Origin: a virus
Taxonomy: Duplodnaviria; Caudoviricetes
Virus record (IMG/VR): IMGVR_UViG_3300044852_000015
Span: 96,001 to 160,000 of that record
Reading direction: 5' to 3' (one strand)
Length of the DNA stretch: 64,000 nt
The position numbers and the translations under genes were made by a program. The notes under the pieces were generated by a model that saw only the letters and a program-made list of their open reading frames with translations, did no database searches and was not told where the DNA came from. How positions within the stretch are numbered: position 1 is the stretch's first letter; each line of letters starts with the position of its first letter. Positions 57,625 through 64,000 of the stretch are shown here, in pieces.

Positions 57625-57660
57625 CAAAACTCCTAGGGTTGTTATACCCTAGGAGTTTTG
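57625..57660. terminator. Perfect 14-bp inverted repeat (terminator or processing hairpin)
   Basis: CAAAACTCCTAGGG-TTGTTATA-CCCTAGGAGTTTTG. Confidence 0.65.
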
Positions 57661-57697
57661 TATAAAGAGTTACGTGTGATAGATGGCGGTACTTTAT

Positions 57698-58216
57698 TCA
57701 GACTGCCTGACCGACGGCTACCGACGTTTCGTCGATGGGCGCATCAGTAAGGCGGTGCACTTCAACGAAGTACACTTTGTTCGGCACTTCGCCGATTTGT
57801 GCAGCGAATTCGCGGCTGATCAATTCAACCAACGCCGGCTCTACCGGGAGAGAGTCAAACACATCCGTGCCTTCACGGCGCGTGTGGATGTTCAACTGGT
57901 TCGGGCAGATCGGGTGATCGGCGGCGTCCTGGTATACGCGGTACATACTATTGAGCGACAACTGCTCCAGGAAGGTGAACTGGATTTCAGGCGCTGGTTG
58001 GTGGTCGTGACCGTGAGCCAGACCATGCTCCAGAGCGTTCAGTTGCGTACGGTGCATCTGGTTAACCGCCATGCTCAGGTCACGAATGGCCGACATGATG
58101 GTGTTCTCCAGGGCATCCTGACGTTGCTCCAAACGAGCCAGACGTTCTGGAGTCGTTGGTGGACGAACTGGATCAGGCGTATGGAGGTTGTGTAGGTCTT
58201 TCTCTTTAGGCAGCAT
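57698..58216 (-). CDS. Hypothetical protein
   Basis: 172 aa; N-terminal coiled coil and His-rich linker. Confidence 0.6.
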   Translation of the reverse strand: MLPKEKDLHNLHTPDPVRPPTTPERLARLEQRQDALENTIMSAIRDLSMAVNQMHRTQLNALEHGLAHGHDHQPAPEIQFTFLEQLSLNSMYRVYQDAADHPICPNQLNIHTRREGTDVFDSLPVEPALVELISREFAAQIGEVPNKVYFVEVHRLTDAPIDETSVAVGQAV

Positions 58217-58225
58217 TCTCTTTCC

Positions 58226-58630
58226 TTATTTACCGTTGTTTGCATCGAAGATCGCTACAACCTTCGCATTGATGATTTGAAGTTCTTTACCCACACTGTA
58301 AGAAACCCCGTCTTGACCGACTTGCGCATCCACCATGAGGTTTAACTCTCCCGGTTTGTTGGGGTCTTCCACCGAAACTGTTACGTCCACTTGGACTCGG
58401 TCGAAGTATGGCTTTAGCAAGTTAGTCAGGTTCTTAGTGGTTTCTGACAGCAGCAGGCTTTGGTTTTCCGCAGTGACCTTGATGATGTACGGAAGTGAAG
58501 CAATGTTGCCACGGTACAGGTGACTCTGGGAGTAATCACTTACAAAGAAGTAACCTACCAGTTTATCGAGTTTCTCTGAGATGTTCCCTACCCAACCGGA
58601 AGCACTCAGACTAGGTACTTGCACTGCCAT
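58226..58630 (-). CDS. T4 gp25-like sheath-initiator/baseplate protein (phiKZ gp62-like)
   Basis: 134 aa; LTNLLKPYFDRVQVDV...LNLMVD topology. Confidence 0.45.
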   Translation of the reverse strand: MAVQVPSLSASGWVGNISEKLDKLVGYFFVSDYSQSHLYRGNIASLPYIIKVTAENQSLLLSETTKNLTNLLKPYFDRVQVDVTVSVEDPNKPGELNLMVDAQVGQDGVSYSVGKELQIINAKVVAIFDANNGK

Positions 58631-58715
58631 GAGATGGCCCTCCTATGAGATCATAGAATGGCTCAACTCTAGCAACCCAACAAAAAAAGAAGGGGAGCCG
58701 AAGCCCCCTTTCAAT

Positions 58716-59333
58716 TTACAGTGAGGCGTTGTACTTACTAGTCGGGTCATCCCGACGCTTACGGATTTCTCGGATGATGTTGAGGCAGGAATCTTTGAGA
58801 TCCATCTGCTCATCAAACCGGAGTTCGTGATCACCTTCCAACAGTTCGTCGAAGAAGGTCCACGCTTCCCAACCGCCATCGTCACGTTCTTCTACTATAC
58901 CGTTGTTCATCCGACGGTAGTCGTAGTGATCGTGGCCAATCACGTTACCATGGATGTTCTGATAAGTATCAGAGTAACCATCCAACTGCTGGTTCAGGAA
59001 CATCTTGCGGATTATTGGATCGGCCATGATGTACCGCTGCATGACCATTGGAGCATGTTGCATTTGCGCAATCGTTGTCAAATGCTTGATTACATCGGCA
59101 TCCCACATCGTCTGCACAGTACGTACCGCTGCACGTGCAGCACGTAAAGCATTGTCCCCGAAGAAATGTGCCCACTTCTCCCGAGCTGTGTCCATGAACA
59201 TTCTACCGGAGTCTGTCAGGTTCTGCGACAGGTTCATCGCTTGGTCTTTCAAGTACTCAATGGTATTCTGGTCACGTGGTGCATACGCCAGCTCGTTAAA
59301 TGCTAGGGTACCACCTTCAATGTACATCGCCAT
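58716..59333 (-). CDS. Conserved core protein (possibly phiKZ gp59-like)
   Basis: MQRYIMADP, LDGYSDTY, YDYRRMNNG, DPTS; synteny only. Confidence 0.4.
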   Translation of the reverse strand: MAMYIEGGTLAFNELAYAPRDQNTIEYLKDQAMNLSQNLTDSGRMFMDTAREKWAHFFGDNALRAARAAVRTVQTMWDADVIKHLTTIAQMQHAPMVMQRYIMADPIIRKMFLNQQLDGYSDTYQNIHGNVIGHDHYDYRRMNNGIVEERDDGGWEAWTFFDELLEGDHELRFDEQMDLKDSCLNIIREIRKRRDDPTSKYNASL

Positions 59334-59376
59334 GGTTACGCTCCTTCCTCACATACCTTACGGACGGGATGTAAAG

Positions 59377-59655
59377 TTAAACAAGGGAGAAGCCCCGCTG
59401 TTCCAGCCATTCTGCCGAAGAGTTAGAAGCTACCAGTGCCATGGAATCATCGTCACCGGTTACGAGGTACAGGTCGTACTGGGTTTTGCCTTCAGCTTCC
59501 CGCTTGCGAGTGGTGAAGGAGATCTTGCGGCCCTCCAGTTCATCGCGCATCTTGGCGAAGTCTTCAGGGGTTTGTTTCACCAGGGTAAGGTACATCGCGG
59601 GCGTACTACATTGCCCGGTCTTAACCATCTCCACTATTTTATCAACATTACACAT
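59377..59655 (-). CDS. Hypothetical protein
   Basis: 92 aa; AAGGA SD. Confidence 0.6.
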   Translation of the reverse strand: MCNVDKIVEMVKTGQCSTPAMYLTLVKQTPEDFAKMRDELEGRKISFTTRKREAEGKTQYDLYLVTGDDDSMALVASNSSAEWLEQRGFSLV

Positions 59656-59708
59656 AATCGACTTTTCCTTAAAAGCGTGGGGACACTTAGATCCCCACAG
59701 ATTCGGGG

Positions 59709-61130
59709 TTACTTGCCGTGATGGATAAAGTTGGCGATCGTGGCGATCATGGTGGAGGAAAGACTCACGTGTCCCGAGATTGCTCGTGGGGTACGTAGGT
59801 CCAACACACCGTTCTTGGGCGCCAGCGGGTCCAGCTTCTCCAGGGTGGTATGATCCAGAATCACAATGCCGTTCAAGGCATCACCGTCAAAGTCAGCGTT
59901 CATCCCAGAGAGGATGTTCACAGACGGACTGATGGTGTTGATTGCTGGGTTCGTTTTAACACGTTTCACGTAGAGCCGTTGCGCTGACAGACGAGTCAGG
60001 GTCGGGTTCCGCTGAAAGATCACTGGGATACCGCCACGTGGGGCTTCAGCAATCAGTTCCTTGAACAGCTCATCAAGGAGCGGGTGATAGCACAGGGTGT
60101 TCTCGAACAGAAACTTGTTGGCCTCGTTCGGGGTGTAGCCGCGTTTCAACAACTTGTTGGTCAAGTGAATCTTGAAGGTCATCACCGACAGAGACCAAGG
60201 AAGTTCCAAGTCTTCGTAGTGATGTGGATCAGACAGCGAGGAAATCACTGCACGGAAACTGAAGCTATCCCGTGATCCAAAGATGTGCTTACGATACCAC
60301 CCTGGTTTACCGCCCAACTGGGTGGAGATAAACGGGGCATAGTAAGCTACCAACATGTTCAACGCTTTGATCGTACGCAACTCGATCTCACGCTGACGCA
60401 GGGGTGTAGGCGAATTCTCAATACTGCTGAACGCTCGCATGGCGTTTACCGCTGGAGTCATGCCGGTATCAGCGTAAGTGCCGGTAGCGGTGTTCTCCGT
60501 GATAAACGTGATACGACTCGGACAAGGCAGGTACTTACAGAAGATCTCCTTACGGTACATCTCAATGAACGTGAGAGTGTCGTCCATTTGTTGCTGGTTC
60601 TTGTTGTTCGGAAGGATCTCCCGCAAGAACAGGTTCATCAACTGGTCAAAGTGCCGGTAGAAGGTATTGATCCCTCGACCGAGTCCTAACGACTTGATGT
60701 AGTCCAGGACGTTGTTAGCGTCTTGGTTAGGTGGTTGATAGCCTGGGTTTGTAATCCAGTCCAGCAAGTTCACACCTTTGTACAGGAAGATCGGCTTCAG
60801 TACGTGGAAGGCCCACGGGTTGATCAGTGTGTCCACGCCACGGGGTGTGGTGATCCACAGGAGCGATTCCAGCGGTCGTTCCGTAACAGACATGCAGGTG
60901 AACCCGCAGTCGTCGCAGACAACCCCTACGTTGTGCTCGTACTTAACCTTCTTGCACTCACATGACGGGATCACGTCCAAGGTATCACCCTCGTAACGCG
61001 ACATGATCATGCGATTCAGTTTCTCCCGGTCTTCTTCGGTGGTGACATCGAAGTCGTTGATAATCACTGGAGCGGACGTCAAGCTATTGAACAACTCGTC
61101 GTGATCAACAATAACTGCTTCTACACCCAT
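59709..61130 (-). CDS. Non-virion RNAP beta' N-terminal catalytic subunit (phiKZ gp55-56.1-like), uninterrupted
   Basis: CEC...CDDC Zn ribbon, GKPGWYRKHIFGSR, FRAVI, QRNPTL, NADFDGD. Confidence 0.95.
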   Translation of the reverse strand: MGVEAVIVDHDELFNSLTSAPVIINDFDVTTEEDREKLNRMIMSRYEGDTLDVIPSCECKKVKYEHNVGVVCDDCGFTCMSVTERPLESLLWITTPRGVDTLINPWAFHVLKPIFLYKGVNLLDWITNPGYQPPNQDANNVLDYIKSLGLGRGINTFYRHFDQLMNLFLREILPNNKNQQQMDDTLTFIEMYRKEIFCKYLPCPSRITFITENTATGTYADTGMTPAVNAMRAFSSIENSPTPLRQREIELRTIKALNMLVAYYAPFISTQLGGKPGWYRKHIFGSRDSFSFRAVISSLSDPHHYEDLELPWSLSVMTFKIHLTNKLLKRGYTPNEANKFLFENTLCYHPLLDELFKELIAEAPRGGIPVIFQRNPTLTRLSAQRLYVKRVKTNPAINTISPSVNILSGMNADFDGDALNGIVILDHTTLEKLDPLAPKNGVLDLRTPRAISGHVSLSSTMIATIANFIHHGK

Positions 61131-61204
61131 GGGGTTCTCCTGAAAATACCGGACATAAAAAGAAAAGGGGCGCGAACGCCCCTTTCATTACCGCTTAGCC
61201 GAAC

Positions 61205-63205
61205 TTAGTTGCGACCCCAGTTGCCGGTGAACGGCGAGCTGAAGAGGCGGGAGTTCTGCTGAGTAGCGGTGCCGTAGTTGAAGAAGTTACCCACGTTCTG
61301 GTTAACAACCAGGTGGTCCAGAGCGTAACCGCCGCGCTGTACTTGACCCGCGTTGTCATCCAGACCTTTGGCAGGACGGACGTTCAGGCCGGACTTCACG
61401 ATCGCTTCCGACAGTGCGTCCAAGAACGCGTTGTCGAAGCTGACGCGACGAGCGAAGCCTTTGATCACGATGTCGCCAGAGATCAGTTGACGCAGGATTG
61501 CTTTGCGCTGATCCAGACGGACTTCCAATGCGACTTGGGTGTTGCGGTGGGTATCTTCCCACGCTTCAACCAGCTTCGGATTGGTTTTGCCAGCCAGGTT
61601 CAGGATTGCAACGTAGTCCAGCTCACGCAGGTCACGACGATTGCCTTCGCGATCGTAGTAGTAGCCCAGGTGGATGCGGTCTTGGTCATCGTAGCAGACC
61701 GGCGCCGACGCGTTGAACAGAGTCTGGAAGTGACCCATGGTCAGGTTGTTGGCCGCTTGCAGGATTGCCAGGCGAGCATCTTCGTTGCCGTTGGCGGCAG
61801 CGATGAAGGTTTGGTGAATCCAGCTCAGCTCACCAGCTTCTTCGATGTCCAGGGTGTAGATCAACTTCGGAGCGATCAGCATGTTGATCAGTTGGCGCAT
61901 TTCGTTGTCACCGAATTCGGCGCTACGAGTGTCCAGACGATCAGGCTTGGCTTGCGGATCACCAGTCAGGTTGATTTCATAGCCCAGCGCGCCCAGGTCT
62001 TTCAGGTCAACGTCGTTGCCTTTGCCTTTGTGGGTGCGGAAGGTACCGGACCAGTGCATGTTGCGGTTCAGGCCCAACGCGGTGCTGAGTGCCAGCAGTT
62101 GCAGCTCCATGGTGACGGCGTCAGTCATGGTGTCGATGGTGGTCATGACCAGACGAGGCTGGTACATTTGAGTAGCCATCGGTGCTTGTTGCTGGAACAT
62201 GCCCATTTGCGGCTGTGGTTGGAAACCGGCAGCGGCAGGTTGGTACATCAGGTCAACGTACGCAGTAACGCGAGTCAGTTGACGAGACTGTTGCAGGCCG
62301 AACTGAGCATCGGTTTGAGTCTGTGCCGACATGCCGACAACGATGTCACCACGGACCGGCAGGCCCACGATGTTTTCTTCGTGCTGACGGGTGAAGTCAA
62401 CGCGAGCGATCATCTGGTCGTTGGCACCAACTTCGCCGAGGGTGAACGGTTCTTCAACCGAACCCAGCTTGTTGTCCATGATGGTGTACACCGCCTGAGT
62501 GGCGTTGTGCAGCAGACGGTTGAAGCGGGTCTCGGTGAAATCTTCGGTTTCCGAGTTGATGATCACGCAGCCGCCGTCGTGAACCAGGGCATTGATGCCA
62601 TAGCTGTCGATGACGAACTTTTCCAACACCGACCAGTACGACTTGTGCAGGTAGATGTCACCGGCCACGACGTCGACTTCAACTTGCTGACCGTTCAGGT
62701 TCACAGTCGAGCTTTCCAGCGGAGAACCCGAGGATTCAACCATCAGGCTGTAGACCGCGATGTGGTTCTGACCGCCGACGGCTTCCTTGTAGCAGACCAG
62801 GATCGAGCTGTAGGTAACCGGCGTTGCGTTGTTGTCCAGCACCAGGAGACGGAAGTCAGCTTTCTGCTGCTCGTTCATGGTTTTGGCGATGCGGTCTTTC
62901 AGGCCTTGAAAGATGACGCTGACGTCTTCGCCGGCCATGTTACGGCCAACTGGACGACGGTGGTTGGCGTTGATGTCGAGGACCGAACGGCCACGGCTAC
63001 CGACGCGGGAAGAAGGCTGGTTCACGTTTGCACCTGCTTGAGCGAAAGACTGTTGTTGGGATTGTTGAGCTTGTGGTTGAACTTGTGGCTGCTCAGCCTG
63101 TGGAGCCGACTGAGATGCCTGAGGATTCAAACCTGCCGTACGCATGGCATCGGCCATTGCATTGTTCGGAGGGGTTGGGTTGTTGCTGTTCTTCTGGACG
63201 GCCAT
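61205..63205 (-). CDS. chmA: Chimallin, major phage nuclear shell protein
   Basis: 666 aa, Q-rich disordered N-terminus, strongly biased codons, immediately upstream of nvRNAP beta'-N as in phiKZ gp54/gp55, early promoter upstream. Confidence 0.85.
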   Translation of the reverse strand: MAVQKNSNNPTPPNNAMADAMRTAGLNPQASQSAPQAEQPQVQPQAQQSQQQSFAQAGANVNQPSSRVGSRGRSVLDINANHRRPVGRNMAGEDVSVIFQGLKDRIAKTMNEQQKADFRLLVLDNNATPVTYSSILVCYKEAVGGQNHIAVYSLMVESSGSPLESSTVNLNGQQVEVDVVAGDIYLHKSYWSVLEKFVIDSYGINALVHDGGCVIINSETEDFTETRFNRLLHNATQAVYTIMDNKLGSVEEPFTLGEVGANDQMIARVDFTRQHEENIVGLPVRGDIVVGMSAQTQTDAQFGLQQSRQLTRVTAYVDLMYQPAAAGFQPQPQMGMFQQQAPMATQMYQPRLVMTTIDTMTDAVTMELQLLALSTALGLNRNMHWSGTFRTHKGKGNDVDLKDLGALGYEINLTGDPQAKPDRLDTRSAEFGDNEMRQLINMLIAPKLIYTLDIEEAGELSWIHQTFIAAANGNEDARLAILQAANNLTMGHFQTLFNASAPVCYDDQDRIHLGYYYDREGNRRDLRELDYVAILNLAGKTNPKLVEAWEDTHRNTQVALEVRLDQRKAILRQLISGDIVIKGFARRVSFDNAFLDALSEAIVKSGLNVRPAKGLDDNAGQVQRGGYALDHLVVNQNVGNFFNYGTATQQNSRLFSSPFTGNWGRN

Positions 63206-63283
63206 CTCTGGTTCCTTTTCTTTTCGAGGGTTACTAGCACAACATTAGCCAATGCACTATTCTAATACATTTACTGCTAAGTG

Positions 63284-63321
63284 TTCATGTTGGTAATATG
63301 TGGCTCAAATTGCTTTGAATC
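63284..63321 (-). promoter_or_regulatory. Early promoter of chmA
   Basis: TTCAAAGCAATTTGAGCCACATATTAC-CAAC-ATGAAC. Confidence 0.7.
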
Positions 63322-63423
63322 AACTATTACCGATTCTTTGGATCATGCGCCCATATTCACTAAGTGCTCATCGCACCCAGAAGGATCATTTTCCTTATAA
63401 GATATAGCGGCGTATGTATTCTT

Positions 63424-63714
63424 TTACTTAATCAGGGTATTGCTGATCACGCAGTGTACGTAATGTCCATCGGCTTTAGCTGCTTTGCGAGCATCTATCT
63501 CAGCCAGCGATTCCATCAGTTGCTTGGAATCGAACGGGTACTCGGTGATGGTGTGTCCACGATCCTTGGAGATACCCAAGACAACGTGGCGTTCGTAAAT
63601 CTTCCTTTTAGCCTTCTTAGGCTTATCTGGGATTTCTACTTCAGGAGCATCGCCAGTAGCCCGAGCAATGTCCAGTCTCAGTTGTGCTTCCCAGTCTTTC
63701 AATTCTTTGGTCAT
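63424..63714 (-). CDS. Small hypothetical protein
   Basis: 96 aa; GGAG SD; own early promoter. Confidence 0.65.
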   Translation of the reverse strand: MTKELKDWEAQLRLDIARATGDAPEVEIPDKPKKAKRKIYERHVVLGISKDRGHTITEYPFDSKQLMESLAEIDARKAAKADGHYVHCVISNTLIK

Positions 63715-63766
63715 AGCGGTTCAACTCCATAGTTGAAATAGATTAGTGATAGCTTTAGGTGTAGTC

Positions 63767-63804
63767 TATCACGAGGATAATATGTATTTCAAATTCCTTT
63801 GAAT
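63767..63804 (-). promoter_or_regulatory. Early promoter variant
   Basis: TTCAAAGGAATTTGAAATACATATTAT-CCTC-GTGATA. Confidence 0.6.
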
Positions 63805-63824
63805 CCAGTTTAAGGGCGCCTACC

Positions 63825-64000
63825 ATGTACACCCTCTTTAATGAAACAATCTGGGGTTCGAGCGGTGTTACTATTACTTACCCCAAATACGAGCAAGCCC
63901 TCAAAGGTCTACGTTTGAATTTGGAGCGAGTGGTTGACTACAACCGCCAATACCCCAGAGCTACCAACAGTAATCACTTCCTCGTGAAATTGCTGCAATC
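63825..64000 (+). CDS. Partial CDS (phiKZ gp52-like position), runs off the window
   Basis: MYTLFNETIWGSSGVTITYPKYEQALKGLRLNLERVVDYNRQYPRATNSNHFLVKLLQ; divergent from the chmA locus. Confidence 0.55.
   Translation, partial: MYTLFNETIWGSSGVTITYPKYEQALKGLRLNLERVVDYNRQYPRATNSNHFLVKLLQ

Noticed and set aside
61313-63265. 650-aa plus-strand ORF antisense to chmA (similarly 51090-52631, 49735-51093, 24345-25574, 16841-18181, 15102-16262)
   Set aside because: Shadow ORFs from strong codon bias in highly expressed genes (few TTA/CTA/TCA codons); no SD and non-protein-like composition.
1-64000. tRNA, rRNA, CRISPR arrays, transposases, integrases
   Set aside because: No cloverleaf with T-loop, repeat-spacer array or recombinase motifs found by eye; tRNAscan-SE and a CRISPR finder would confirm.

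Overview
This window is part of the genome of a nucleus-forming jumbo phage (phiKZ-like, Chimalliviridae), gene-dense and mostly minus-strand. Reading right to left it contains: (i) the phage-nucleus/transcription core: chimallin chmA, non-virion RNAP (nvRNAP) beta'-N with the NADFDGD motif, an SbcD/Mre11 nuclease, likely chmC, the sigma-like nvRNAP subunit, likely picA/imp1, nvRNAP beta-C and beta'-C, and an SF2 helicase; (ii) a virion RNAP beta'-C subunit and a hub/chaperone-like gene pair that appears joined by a -1 frameshift; (iii) an early accessory region (about 27.9-37 kb) with a DarG-like macrodomain, NUMOD remnant, small secreted Cys-pair proteins, DUF4262, HD hydrolase and nucleotidyltransferase; (iv) the exonuclease/motif-A half of the split family-B DNA polymerase; (v) head, inner-body and baseplate structural genes; (vi) a small accessory island with a Thg1-like 3'-5' polymerase and a Tad1-like immune-signal sponge; (vii) dTMP kinase and tail-fibre genes. 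Non-coding signals include eight copies of a phiKZ-type early promoter (YATATTAC core), many hairpin terminators followed by TATGCC, a repeated SD-occluding leader, and two stand-alone structured small-RNA candidates (34600-34750 plus strand; 5128-5277 minus strand). phiKZ gp numbers are assigned from remembered gene order, size and motifs, not from a database search. No tRNA, rRNA, CRISPR array or intact mobile element was seen.
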